Notes under the pieces: model-generated
What the model saw: the letters and a program-made list of their open reading frames with translations, nothing else
Database searches by the model: none
What the model was told of the DNA's origin: nothing
Assembly (NCBI RefSeq): GCF_009914755.1
Contig: NC_060939.1
DNA length: 64,000 nt
Source of the DNA: the human T2T-CHM13v2.0 reference genome, Homo sapiens
Direction: 5' to 3' (one strand)
Part shown: piece after piece, positions 1 to 13,364 of the stretch
Position numbering within the stretch: position 1 is the first letter of the stretch
Layout of the letters: each line of letters begins with the position of its first letter
Program-made: the position numbers and the translations under genes

Positions 1-32
1 TTTATGTGGTCTGATATAAATATTGTTAGTTA

Positions 33-792
<760 letters not shown>

Positions 793-1062
793 ATATATAT
801 TTCATGTTTTGGTTAGCATTGAACTGGTATATCTTTTTCTAACTTTTTATTTCCAATTGTTATGGTTTTGCTTTAGGTGTATCTCTTATAAACTTTGTTC
901 ATTTGTTTTATCTAATCTGAGAATGTTTCATTTGAGAGGTAATCTGTTTACATTTATTATAATGACGTATAGTTTAACTGATTCCTGCCATATTTTGTTT
1001 TCTATTTCCCACCCTTTTGTTTTGCTTTGGTTTTTCTCCTTTCCAGCTGTCTTAGTCCCCCC

Positions 1063-1063
<1 letters not shown>

Positions 1064-1092
<29 letters not shown>
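1064..1092. repeat. (CA)n microsatellite
   Basis: Direct reading. Confidence 0.95.
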
Positions 1093-1094
<2 letters not shown>

Positions 1095-1459
1095 GCAGAC
1101 TCTGAAATAATGGCTTGTCTGCAGCTTGTTTATTTTAGGAAATGATTCAACGAATAGGAGTGGGGCGGGGGCTGGGAAGAATGAAAAAGGGATGAAGACA
1201 AAGCTGATCATCACCATAGGCAAATAGGGTCAATCCTATTAGGGACCCTAGAGGAGGGACATGGATGCATCTTGGTCTTGTCTTCAGAGACACTAATATT
1301 GCTTTTCAAATGTGGCTGTGTCATTTTACCTTACATTTCTCTATCACATATAGAGCAGAGAGTATTTGGAGCAGAGGGCGTACATTGCAGCATGAATTTA
1401 CACCACTATCCTGGCATGTCTGCATGGCTGCCATTTAACTTCTCCATCATCCTATGAGG

Positions 1460-1590
1460 CACTTTATCATCCCTATTTTAGAAAGGAAGAAATTGAGGCT
1501 CAGAGAGGTAAAGTAAATTGCCTGAAGTCACACAGATAAAAAGTGACAGAGCCAGAACTCAAACTCTGTTTTATCTGATTCCACAGCCAT
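1460..1590 (-). mobile_element. MIR SINE fragment
   Basis: MIR core 'gaaattgaggctcagagaggtaaagtaaattgcctgaagtcacacag'. Confidence 0.8.
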
Positions 1591-2859
1591 TCCTTCCAAC
1601 CTTAAGCTCTACCGCCTGTGTGGTGCTGGGTGTGAGTCGGAGCTAGCCTGGGTTTACCTGAGTTGCAGGGTCACCCCTCATCGCACCCTTGTCAGTCCTC
1701 AAATAGGGGTGCAACTGTTCCATGAAAGGGAACAAAGAGACTGAGCTACTAGACACCAAGCTGTTTAGGACTGAACCCATTCCTGTCCAAACGGAAGTGA
1801 TCCAGAGGGACTCTGAATATTACAGAAGTCAAGAGATTTCATCATCTTTATTCAAAGAAAGGGGTTTGTTTGTTGATTTTTTGGATTTTTTTTTTGGACC
1901 ACAGCTCTATCTACTCCCTGAAGAGTAAGGATTATTAAGTAAATCAGGTAATTATTGACTAAGAAGTGACTGGCCACTGCAATTGATAAATTAACCATGT
2001 CTGTTTTTCTTATGTAGCTCACTGGAAAAGAATGTGGGGGATTTCCTCTTCTTCTTCTCCAGAGGCCTTCCTGTCTTGAAGGCTAGGCTTCTCTTGCTCT
2101 GGGGGAAAGTTAAAGGCCTTTCTTTGATTTTCTAAGGGTCTGTAGACCTAACACTTACTGTTAGAGATTGCGAGGGCTGGGGAGGGGGCCAAGGGCTAGA
2201 GGTCATTCAAGGACTGGCAGGACCCTTGGGTGCCCAGCCTCTTACCCAGGACCCTGAGGTGCCAAGGCCTCTGGGGAGTGGCTGGGTGGGCAGTGTGCTT
2301 CTGGGGACTGGACACTTGCACTGTGGCCTTGAATTTGGAGGATGCCGTGAGCAGCAGCCTTTTACTGGTTTACCTGGGCATGGACAATGAGCCACTGGGC
2401 AGTGATCGTCACAGACCTGATGCCCTTCCCCCAAGTTTCGAGGATCCTGAGGCCTCAGAGTTCTGCATAGGAGGAGAGGAGGGGCCTTGAAAAGAGGCTG
2501 GGATTGAATTTTTCTGAGGTCCTAGTAGGTGTGGGGTCTAAGGACGATTTGATTTAGAAATTCATGAAATGTGTCATTTCTTGCCCCAAGCTTTGTGGAA
2601 CAAGTAATACCAGTTACACTAGTGATGACCAAATCCTGCTGTAAATTGTTCTAACATATTGTATAAAACAGGCCTTACCACTTTTGTAATCCCTTGCAAA
2701 TGGCTGATCGATAACCAACACAATATAATATTCCAAGCCCTTCTTTTGGTAGAAAAAATTTCCTCTAGCCTGGTAATTTAAATTCCAAATTACCTCCAGA
2801 TGATGCTATTTAAATGCCCTGTGATTAAATCTGCACAAAGTGGAGTTTCTGTGGGAAAC

Positions 2860-3190
2860 TTCGCTGCCTCCTAGGGCATCCTGCGGTGTTTTTTTAAAGG
2901 CCGGGGATCTAGAAAGGCTACTCAGGGCCTCGGAATCTTTGTCTACATGACTCAGCCTTGGGGCCCCGGGCCCTGGACACTTGCCCAGAGCTGAACATTC
3001 AGCTGGACGCGCCACAGAAGGAGCATGCGGGGAGCCAGGAAATATCTCCGGAATCTCACAATGCTTTCTCACCTACCCTTATTAGACCAAAGAGGCAGAG
3101 CCGCAGGGGTGGGGGCCGCGGGGCAGAGGGCAGCGCCTGCCGGGTGGGAGGGAACCTGTGTGTGCGCGCACACACTGTTCACGTCATAGT
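2860..3190. promoter_or_regulatory. GC/CpG-enriched candidate promoter or enhancer
   Basis: Local CpG enrichment; AP-1/ARE-like TGACTCAGC from 2948; G-tract/GC-box cluster 3106-3152; TGACGTGA on minus strand 3179-3186. Confidence 0.5.
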
Positions 3191-3490
3191 GTCTCCGTGT
3201 GTGTCTGCGTCTATGTATGTGTCTCTATGTGTCTGGGTATTTCTGTGTGTCTGTGTGTGCATCTCTGCATGTCTTTGCATATCTGTACATGTTTCTGTGT
3301 GCGTGGGTCTGTGTCTATGTGTGTATACATCTGTTCATATTTCTGTGTGTGTCTGTCTCTATGTGGCTGTGTCTCTGCATATCTTTGCATATCTGTACAT
3401 GTTTTGGGGTGGGGGTCTGTATCTCTATGTGTCTGTGTGCCTACGTGTGTGTCTCTAAGTCTGTGTGGGTCGCTGTGTCTGTCTGTGGCT
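3187..3490. repeat. Degenerate (TG/TGTC)n low-complexity tract with ~110-bp internal duplication
   Basis: 'tctttgcatatctgtacatgttt' block repeated within 3261-3294 and 3371-3404. Confidence 0.85.
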
Positions 3491-4034
3491 GGGAGCGGGG
3501 TCAGGAGTGCTTTTGGAGTCCCTGGTTTTCTAAGAATAGGAGGTTCACAGCAGGAGGGGGCTAACTCTTCAGTCCAGACCCCCCTCTGAGACCTGCAGAC
3601 CACCTGCAGCCCCACCCAGTGTGGCCCCTGCCCCGCGTGTCTGTGGTCTGAGTGGCAGTCAGGAAAGAAAGCGAGGGCTGGGCGTGAACTTTGGTTAGGT
3701 TGAGATGCATGGGGAAGAAAGCAGAAGGGAGGGTGTGTGTGGGGAGCAGACCTGCACCCTCCCGAACAGCTGGGGAGGCCAAGGGGGGGGTAAGGCCCAA
3801 ACCTCACTCCAAAGCTCCCAACATACAATCCAGCAGTTCCCAGTGGAAAACTTGCTGGGGTTTGCAAAGTACCCTCCTCCCCAAAACTGCATCTTTGAGC
3901 ATGCACCCAGGCAAAGGCTCACACTTCTCTCTCTTCCCAACGCTGCTTTGGGAAACCCTCCTGCACCAGAGAATGTGGGACAGGGACACCCTTACTTTCG
4001 AATGCCAACTTTGGTTGGGCACTCCTCTGGACGC

Positions 4035-4200
4035 TTTCCATTGATCTCACTTAATGCACTTAACAGTGACCTAGGCTTTGTTATTCCTCTTTTACAAATA
4101 AGGAAACTGAGGTACAGGGAGGGGAAGCGGGTTGCTTAAGATAACAAGCTGATGAGTGTCAGAGCTGAGGCAGAACCCAGGTGTGCTGAATTCCGGAGTC
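4035..4200 (-). mobile_element. MIR
   Basis: 'ttttacaaataaggaaactgaggtacag...gagctgaggcagaacccagg'. Confidence 0.75.
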
Positions 4201-4255
4201 ATTTTCTTACCTGACAGCCCTCTACCTCTGGATGGCCCTCTCTTTACATTTAGAA

Positions 4256-4272
4256 GTGTGTGTGTGTGCGCG

Positions 4273-4319
<47 letters not shown>
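4256..4319. repeat. Compound (GT)n(CG)6(CA)19 microsatellite; Z-DNA-prone and palindromic
   Basis: 64 bp uninterrupted purine/pyrimidine alternation. Confidence 0.95.
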
Positions 4320-4321
<2 letters not shown>

Positions 4322-4488
4322 TAGAGCCCTTTTATAAGACACTAGAGCCTAGACAGCAAGGGTGTCCACGTCATGGTAGTCTCCATTTACCATGTACATA
4401 CAAAACCACAACAGAACTGTAGGTCTAGTGAAAGCCATTCTTTTACACCCTCCTCCTCTTTCCACAGATGGAAAAAGAATCGCAAATA

Positions 4489-4720
4489 AGCATAATGTGA
4501 AGAGCATGAGCTTTGGAATAAGCAAGCCTGGAATTACAATTTTCTTTTATTAGCTCTGTGGCTGTAATACTCAACTTTTGCAAGCTTCAGTTTCCTCGTC
4601 TGTGAAATGGAATAATAGCACTTACCTCATTGGCTGTTGTATGGATTAAATGAGACCATGACTATGGATGTATGGCATTTGGTACCCAATAACCCCTCAA
4701 TAATCGGCAGCTATAATTAT
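4489..4720 (+). mobile_element. MIR
   Basis: 'cttcagtttcctcgtctgtgaaatggaataatagcacttacctc...gattaaatgag'. Confidence 0.85.
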
Positions 4721-5769
4721 TCATAATAATAATGGTGGTAGCAACAAACCCAGCCCAAACATCTGAAGGACCGATCACTAAAAAGAAGATGAACTCAGTC
4801 CTACGTAGTAACAAGAATGTGACATCTATGTTGTTGCCAAAAGTCTGGAGGAGTTGCCAGGACCAGAGAGAAGGAGGTGGTGAGGCCGGCCTGGAAGAGG
4901 GAGGGGACAGATGTCAAGGACCCCAATCTTGAGGTGGAAAGTTCTGTGATTAACCCAGATGAATGTCTCTAACCTCCAACTCTTCTGTTCTCAGAGTTTT
5001 AATGGGGCACACCGTGTGCTGGGCATTGACATAGATGGGAAAAGCATGACCTAAAATAAGGGCTGGAAGCCAAGACTGGGAGGAAGGGCAAAGGGAGCAG
5101 GCAGCCTGGCACCAGGTACCAGTGAGGTGTCTGCTCTTTGTCCCCATCACCTGTCAGCTAAGGAATTCTGCATGTCATCAGTGCAATAAAATGTGATCGC
5201 CAGAGTGAAAACCTTGTAATAGACCAGCTGTGGCTTCTCTCAACACCAGTATGTCCAAGGAGGATGCATTTTTATTGCTTTTGTGGTCTTAACAAAAAAG
5301 ATTCATGAGCATTGTATAAAAGGCATATTAAAACAATTCGGTAAAAGGATGAAAGAAAAATAGAGTGCTTGTAGATTTTTTTTCAGGACGCACACACCTA
5401 TACCTGTATAAAAACGTTGTATTACGGAAGCTCTCACACATACACAAAAGTAGCATGAATAGCACGTTGGACCCCGATGTACTCAAGACCCACCTTCAGC
5501 AATGGGAGTGCTGTGTTTATGAGAGTCCCAATTAAAGCAACATTGCTCTTAACATTTTCCCCATGTGTCAACAAGCTCCAGTGACCCCATAATGCAAACT
5601 TATTCAATCCCCTGATATCCAAGCACCTGAAATTACCCCTCATCTCATTCCCCAACTGCCTCGAGCTCCTATCTGAAGTAAGAGAGAGGTAAGTTCACCA
5701 ATTTGCCCTAAATTACACTGGAATCCGGGCAAGTGCCTTTAACACAGGATCTGTTCAGTAAGAGTTGAA

Positions 5770-6030
5770 AAAATAATAATAGCAGAAGAAGAATGAATGA
5801 GTTTTGAGCACTCACTATGTGCTATGCCGTCTTCTGAGTGCTCTCCCTGTTTTATTTCACTGAATTCTCACCCCAAGCCTGAACTGTATATTCTGTCTTC
5901 ATCCCTGTTTTACAAATGAGGAAATCTGACACAAGCAAGCTAAACCACTTGCCCAATTTCACGCAGTTATTTAGGGGCAGGGCTAGGATTTGAACCCACA
6001 CCTCCTTACTTGATAGTCTATCTTCTTAGC
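5770..6030 (-). mobile_element. MIR
   Basis: 'ttttacaaatgaggaaatctga...cttgccc...ggatttgaaccca'. Confidence 0.8.
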
Positions 6031-9000
6031 CAGTACACTGGGGTGCGGTTCTGAATCAGGTGACCGCTGAAAAAAAAGCCTGACACAGGCAAAGTGATTC
6101 CTGCCAGAACAGGTGAGGATGAAGAAGAAAGTTGCCTTTATCAAACACTGCAGTGCAATACACAGAGACCAGGCACTGTGCTAAAGCAAAAACTGTAACC
6201 TTCCACAAAGACCATCACTACCTTACACAAAAAATATTTCATCTGCCCAGCAGCTGCCTATCCTACCCCAGACTGGCATCACTCTTGCTATTTGTTCTTT
6301 GTAGCCAAGTAAAAATTATTTCAGAACAATTCTGTTTTGAAATGTCATGTCCTAACAGCCTCTTGCCATAGAGCTACAGGTCATGATTGCGAGATAATAT
6401 TCGTCATCCAAACTGGTAGAGGCCCTTCCTGAATGAGTGGCTGTCCTGGCTCCTCAGTGCCAGGCTGTGGGTGGGATTGCATGCTTTTGAAAAAAATAAG
6501 TGCCTTATACGCAAGTATGCATAGAAAAAAGTCCGGAAAAACATCAACCAAATATTAGCGAGTGCCAGCGTCTGCCCACTCACAGCGGCCGGGGGAGGGC
6601 TGGTCATAGGGATTTTTCTTTTTTGCTTATCTCAATTTTTAAATTTGTTCCACCATGAATATGGATTACCTGTGTTACAGAGAGTAAAGGAAGAAAAGTT
6701 AGGAGAGGAAACAAGAAAGGAAGAGGAAAATGATACTCCAAGGTACCCCACAGCAGTCTGGGGCTGGGGTGGTAACAAAGGCAGCAGGAGGGGCCGAAGG
6801 CAGAAGCATGGCACCAAATGAGGCAGGTGGGGCCCTTGCAAAGTTGGTTCCTCTTGTGGGTGGGTGTTGGAGGGAGACAGCCCATTCAGGTTAGGCCCAG
6901 GCTGGTTTTAAAGGTCATGGTGCGTGGGGCTCTCACCCCATCCTCACAGGACCCTGTGGCACACGGGGTGCCCTGCAAGTCAGCCTGAGGAAAAACACAC
7001 ACCGCCCCAGCTCTGATTTCCGGAGGGGCCGGGGGCGACGCGAAGCAGGTGCGTGCTGACACCTCCTCCGGGGCCACGCTCATTTGGCACACTCCTAGGC
7101 TGTTTGTTCTTAAAGGCTGCATCTTTGAGACTAAAAATAACCCTCAGTTCAGCTTGGCTGTTCTTTCTCTGACCTGGTGACAGAGATGGGGGCGATGCTC
7201 CCGGCTTGGGGTGTTTCCAGCCTAGGCTGCCCTTTTTCTACCGTATTCCCTGCCCAGCCAGCCATGCTTCATCATGATCCCTTGGTTTAAAAAAAGAAAG
7301 GAAGGAAGAAAGAATGAGAGAGAGGGATTTGTAGGCTCTACCAGGTAGGAAAGTCACAAGGCCTCACTAGAATAGCAAGTCGATGCCACTAGAATAGCAA
7401 GGGAGGGATCTTGAACTAAAGTGACAACCCCTTTATCAACTAGGAAGCACCATGCAAATGTGAGTTCCGCTGCAGCATGAGGTGGGATCCGAAGGGTGCC
7501 ACAAAGCCGGGTTTACCCCCAAAGAGCTCCACAACTTTACACATCCACCATTAGAATTATTCCTTTCAGATTCAAAAATTGTGCCCTGTTAAAATATCTG
7601 GGAGGGTTGGTGCTGGCGATTAGAAGTGACGCTTTCTTAGGAGGCCAGAGATCAATGCAATTTAAAAACCTTATAAATACGGGACCTCAATTCCATTCTG
7701 ATCCTTATTCCTGTGCCTAAGGACCCACGGGTAGGTGTAATCAGTATCCCTCATGGAGGAGAAAACAGCCTCAGAGCTACAGTGTTGCAGAGATGCAGCT
7801 GTGATTCCAACCCACTGCCCTCATTATTACCAGTCAGTGACTGGAGTAGCTGCTCAGCTCCTCAGGGCCCTGAGGAGGGCAGTGGGACAGAGCAGGGATG
7901 ACTGTTGGAGGAGAACCCACCTCTAGGGGCCTATAGGAGAGGGCTGCTTACAGGCCAAAGACACACCTCACCCTTTCACAGTTTTACGGAGGGCCATCCT
8001 GCCTCACAGACAATAGGGAAGAAGGTGCTAGAGCTACAGATCCCACATGGGGGTGGCAAAAAGATTTGTCTGGAGTTCCCACCGCAATTGTTTCCTGATG
8101 CTGCCTGGAGCTCTGTGTTGAGCAATGAGGCGTGATATATTATTGTGGTCTGCCCTTGGTGCTGGGTTAGGACATGACAAGACGTGTGTTTCAAGAGTTT
8201 GCCATCCCTGCCGCGAACCACCTGTCCTCCACAGTAAGGGTAATGATGAGAGTGGCCCTCAGGGTAGGAGGGGTGGTAAACACACCACAAAAACAGATAC
8301 TTCTTGCCTTGATAGCAAGACAGCTGCTCAGAAGGCCTGCTGCCTCTAGCCGACGATGTTGAACCTGAGAGAGACAGCCTTCGCACCTGGAAAATGAAGT
8401 CACGCTAATCGGATGCCCATTTAGAGGCCTATGAAATGATTGCGGGAAATGCTTTAGCAGTGAGGTGTCCCACGGATCTAAGGAAACAGCGTGGACTTTC
8501 CAGCCATGTTCCACTTTGGCCACTGGTGTTTTTCAGAGTCAATGTGGAGAGGGAAGAGGATATGCAAGATGGGTAGAGGCTGCTCTAAACGTTTAAGCCA
8601 CAACAGCGCTTTGGGGCTGCAGGAGGGCTCCACGTGCCCTTGAGAGAGGTGGCTCTCATGGACCCTGAGAGTTTCTGGGAGGCTGGTCAAGAAAGAAGGA
8701 TTACTCTTAGGTGGATGGGACAGCTTCCATAGCCCCAGAGCTTGGGCCCTTGTGGGAAAAACGGGGCTGGATAGCAGCGAGTATGGCCTAGCAGTGGCCT
8801 CTCCTACATACCACGAACTGTCGCCCCTGGCTCAGCCCAATTTCCTGCCTTCTGTCTCCAGCAGGGCCTCCTGCAGCTTAACAAGATTCCTCTTCCCTGC
8901 TTGCTCTCCTAGCACACCTACTCAGGTTTATTCCAAACTTGCCTTTCACAAGTCCCAGAACTCACTTCCTCAACCCTTGAACAGATTACCTCAGTTTGTT

Positions 9001-9649
9001 TTTTACAGTAAAGACAAGTGCAGAACCCCCTTGGTTTTCTTCTTTGCTCCTAAATATGTATCTGTACTCATCTCCTCTATCCTACTATTACTGTGGAAGG
9101 TTTGTCCCCTCTTTCCCAAGGAGAGGCCCCTACCTGTATCTTCTATCCTATCTACCTGCTGCTTCCTCCTTCCGCAGTACTTTCTTTCTCTTTGTCCCCC
9201 AAGGGACACTATCTTGCTATAAAGAGTGGCCCTGACCAGCCATAACAGTGTCTTGCAGTGGGGGCCTATGGAGCGGAGCCACCTCCCAACACCTCCCTTC
9301 CATTCATTGCCAAATACAGTGTGTCTCTGACTTGATGGGCTGGTTGGTTGGTTTATTGGTTGATGGATTGCTGCAAAAACTCTCCACCTCCTAGCTCCTG
9401 CCCACTCTTTGTCTGCCTGTGAACCCCAGCACAAAGCATTCCTTATCACTAAGCCCTGGGCTCTGGCTGCCCCTGGAGTCTCCTCCCTCAGCCCACAGAT
9501 TGCTTACCTGCCTTCTCCCCATGGTTCCCATGCCCTACGTGACCTCAGACACCCAAGTGTTCTCTGAATTCTGAGCACAACTCACTTCAGAATCCATAGA
9601 ATCCCAGATCTGTCACTCAAACAGAGGGATCTCAGGCCATCACAAAGCC

Positions 9650-9775
9650 TGTTTCCTGTGTCAAGTGGTGATAATAATATGGAGTTATTGTAAAGACAAA
9701 ATAGGATAATAAATGTAAGGTGCTTAGCACAATGCTGGACAATATTAAGTGTTCAATAGATAATAGATATTATTA
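9650..9775 (+). mobile_element. MIR 3' fragment
   Basis: 'gataataaatgtaaggtgcttagcacaatgctgg...gttcaataga'. Confidence 0.6.
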
Positions 9776-9899
9776 ATTATCCGGAAGAGCTAATACATCT
9801 GCCCATACCTCTGGTTGTGGGCAGTTCAGCACCTTATTAGGCAACCATTTATTGTTGGACATCACTCTAGTTTTTAGCAAGTTTTCCCTTATTTAACAA

Positions 9900-10110
9900 A
9901 ATCTGCCATCGTACGTAGAATGTGCAAGGCACTCTCTTAAGTGCTTTGCAAACTTTATTTGAATCCTCTTGACAACACTATGAGGTTTCCCCATTTCTGA
10001 GGAAATAAGGCACAGAGAGATTAAGTAACTTGCCCAAGGTCACAGAGTTAATAAGTGGCAGAGCCAGGAATTAAACCCAGGCAGTCTGATGCCAGAATTC
10101 TTGTGCTTAA
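9900..10110 (-). mobile_element. MIR
   Basis: 'ggcacagagagattaagtaacttgcccaaggtcacagag...ggcagagccaggaattaaacccaggcagtctga'. Confidence 0.9.
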
Positions 10111-11799
10111 TACTATACACAGCTGCCCATTAGGTTGAGCTTCATTAAAAAGACATAAATCAACTCCTGCTCATCCCTGTGCTCTGAAGTAACACAAAGC
10201 AGTCCCCACACTTAGGTACTGCATCTTATTTACTTTTCTTTATTTGTTCACTAGTGCAATACTTACAGAATATCTAGTAGATGCTGGGCAATATTATGTC
10301 CTGAGGCCCAGTGGTGACCAAGACAGACGTGGCCCCTGCTGTCACACTGCTGCCAGCACTTTACAGTGGCTGATAGTGCCTGGGACACAGTAGGAGCTCA
10401 ACAGAGTTCGAAAAAATAGGGTGGGCTCTGCCTTTTGCAGAAAAGCCCCTATCCTTGGTGGCTGCAGCAATTCCTGTCTTCAGGGATTACAACAGGAACA
10501 CAAAGTTTCACTACAGGGCGCTGTTCAGTAGGGCTGCCCCGAGGACTCAATTCTGTGCAGGAGGGGAGACTGGGAGGGGAGATTGGGAGGGCAGGTTGGG
10601 TTGTTCAGGGAAGCCTTAGAAGGTTGTAGAACTAGAAGAAATCACTCACGTTTTAGCAAGAGGTCCTTGCTCAGTTGTGGCTCCTCTGAGGCGGTGCCAG
10701 GAGTGGGTCCCCTGACAGCCCAACACACAAATGGCCACTGACGACTGTTGGGCCCCCCAGGGAATTTCACAGGCAGTCACTAAACTCCCCCATTGGGTTC
10801 CTGACCAGCCAGTCCAGTGCTGGGCCCCCCTTCCCCATCCCCAAAGCCTCACAGGCAGGGCTGAGACCAAGGTCTGATGCTGAAGAAATTGGCTTCAGAC
10901 TTGGAGCAGTTTGGAGTACACAGCCAAGATGAACTAGCATCAGTTGGCCTCACTGAGCTAAGCAGGATGGGGAGAAGGAGGGGAGCCAATGAGACAGGAA
11001 GAGTGGCCTGAGGACACGTACTTGCTTGTCATGAGGATAGAGTGTATTCTTCAACATCAGTTTCAAGTTGGGCTTGACCTCCCCGGCCCCGGCCCGGTAC
11101 AGGCTACAGGGCTCCTCAGGATCTGACCCAGTCTAGCCCCCACTCTCCTAGCCCACTGCCCTGGTCACACGGGTCTCCTCACAGCCCCAGGAGCACCCTG
11201 GCCCTTCCTGTCCATTCCTTCTGCTGGGAAGTCTCTTCTCTCAGAAGTTGGGGTGTCTGTTTCCTTCTCATCATCCAAGTTCCTGCCCAAAGAGGTCTTC
11301 CCTCAGCACCCTGTCTCAAATGCTATCATACCAACTGCAGCCACTCTATCCACTTGTCCTGATTTATGTTCCTTAGAGTGGCAAAGTATAATTTTCAAGA
11401 GTTAAAAACACAGATCTCATACAAAAATAGAATAAACACATCTCAAAGATTTGTTAACTGATTAACGCAGAAACTAGTACGATTACTTCATGTTGGTTCC
11501 AAAAGCATTTGAGAAACTGGGTGTTTATAGAGACATTAAAGAGAAAACATGTTAGAAGATTGCTAGGTTAGATATAAAAGTTCTTACTGTCCTACAGGAT
11601 AACAAAACCATAACCTTTTGGATTATCTTTTCTATATGCTAGAAATCTACAAGTTAACATGTCACTTCCCAGTGTCTAGACCCTAATCAGATAGTAAATA
11701 GGTATGTCAAGCAAATATCCTAGAAAATTAAATAATTTTTGGGTAGTCCTGCTAAACAAAGCCCCCATATAATTTGAAAGGACATGCCATGCTTTTGTT

Positions 11800-11990
11800 T
11801 TGATAGTTTTTCTCAACAATACCACGCATCACTGTCTGAGATTGTCTTGCATGTTTGTTTATTGTCAATCTCAAATGCCTATAAGAAAAGCTCCATAAAG
11901 GCCTAAACTCTATCTTGATGACCACTGTGTCCCCAGACTCTACTCCAGTTCCTGGTGCAAAGCAGCTATTCAATAAATATATTTGTTAAA
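11800..11990 (+). mobile_element. L2 3' end
   Basis: 'aagctccataaaggc...accactgtgtcccca...cctggtgc...tcaataaatatatttgtt'. Confidence 0.65.
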
Positions 11991-12029
11991 TTAAAAAAAA
12001 GACATTATATAATAAAAAGTTATGTTAAT

Positions 12030-12240
12030 TAAAAGACAGAAAGCAGAATAGTGGTTACCAGGGCCTGAGAGAAATTATCGTTTAATGAGTTACAGCGCTT
12101 CAATTTGAGATGATGAAAAAGTTCTGAAGATGGACGGTGGTGATGGTTGCACAACAATGTGAATGAACTTAATGCCACTGATTGTAACTCAAAACAGTTA
12201 AATTGATAAATTTTATGTTATGGATACTTTACCATTAAAA
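12030..12240 (+). mobile_element. L1M (L1MB-like) 3' end fragment
   Basis: 'gacagaaagcagaatagtggttaccaggg...gatgatgaaaaagttctg...gatggttgcacaacaatgtgaat'. Confidence 0.8.
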
Positions 12241-12254
12241 AATAGTTGTATGAT

Positions 12255-12480
12255 TATAATAGCAGCCTCTTGTGGAGTCGTTCTGTGCCAGACACTACTC
12301 TAAGCAATGTATGTATATTAAATCATGTCCTTCCTTCCTTCTCCTGTGCAATTGGCATTGTCACTATTCTTTTTTTTTTTTTTTTTTTTTTTAATAAGTA
12401 AAGGAATGAGGTATGGAGAAGTAACTTGCTGAAAGTCACACATCTGGTGAATGGGAGCGCTGCGATTTGAGGCCTGCAGA
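12255..12480 (-). mobile_element. MIR with internal poly-T
   Basis: 'tgtgccagacactactctaagc...gtaacttgctgaaagtcacacatctggtgaatgg'. Confidence 0.6.
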
Positions 12481-13364
12481 TTGTGTTCCTAACCATGAGT
12501 ACATTTATAGTGCAGATTATCTACACTGTAAGAGTTGCCAAGAAGGAGCAATCCGTCTTGTCCAGAGAAGTCAAGGAAGGCTTTCTGGAGGAGATGGAAT
12601 GTGAGCAAACACCCCATCACACAAGGGTGCCTGACCCATTGTCCTCTGCTGTGGTTGCTACACTTGACAGATTCCTGACTCCAACTCACTGACGCCAGTG
12701 CAGTCCCCCAGGCCCCACTGAGATCCCCCAGGCGTCAGTGCTGGACCAACAGGACTGTGTGCGTGCTGTGGGTGGGGACAGGAGGGTTCAGGATACAGGC
12801 ACAGCTGATGGTGCCTTCCTTTGCCTTTGTTTTAGTAGTGAGTGGGTCTCATCAACCTGGGTCTTTCCCTGACCTGGAGTGGCTAAGCAACTGTAAGGGA
12901 AATTTTGCTGGTGGCACCTGTGCTCAAAAGGCTACCACCACTTCCCACTGGCCAGGCACCAGCTCCTACCACAGCAGCTTAATGCGAGTGCCCCGTGTGC
13001 TGCTGGACCCCAAGGGACAGGGTTGGCAGGCAGCACTTCAGTGCTTCATTAGACAGACCATGCACAGCACTTGGTCCAGCCCAGTGGCCCACCAGGGGCA
13101 TATGGGTGTCCAGGGCCCGAGCGACGGGTGCAGACAAGTTGCAAGAGTGGGTTTTCTTCTCTTACTTTCTGACCCAAGCCAGAAAGAAGCGATTTCACTG
13201 CAGCTGGTTCCAAATTGGAGCTCTCAAAATATTTATTCTGTTGCTGCAGCAGTTGAGCTGCACAGACCTGTCCCTGGAACATTCAGCAGACAGATCCGGC
13301 CCGTGGAGAATTCAGGGCATTCTGGGCTCCACACACATTTTAGAACAAAAGGAAAGGAGCATGG

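Noticed and set aside
2958-3906. Several long overlapping ORFs (121-231 aa) rich in C/V/S or H/T/R
   Set aside because: Artefacts of the stop-poor TG-rich low-complexity tract; no recognisable protein
5686-5694. Perfect splice donor GAG|GTAAGT
   Set aside because: No convincing partner acceptor or exon; such motifs occur by chance in 64 kb
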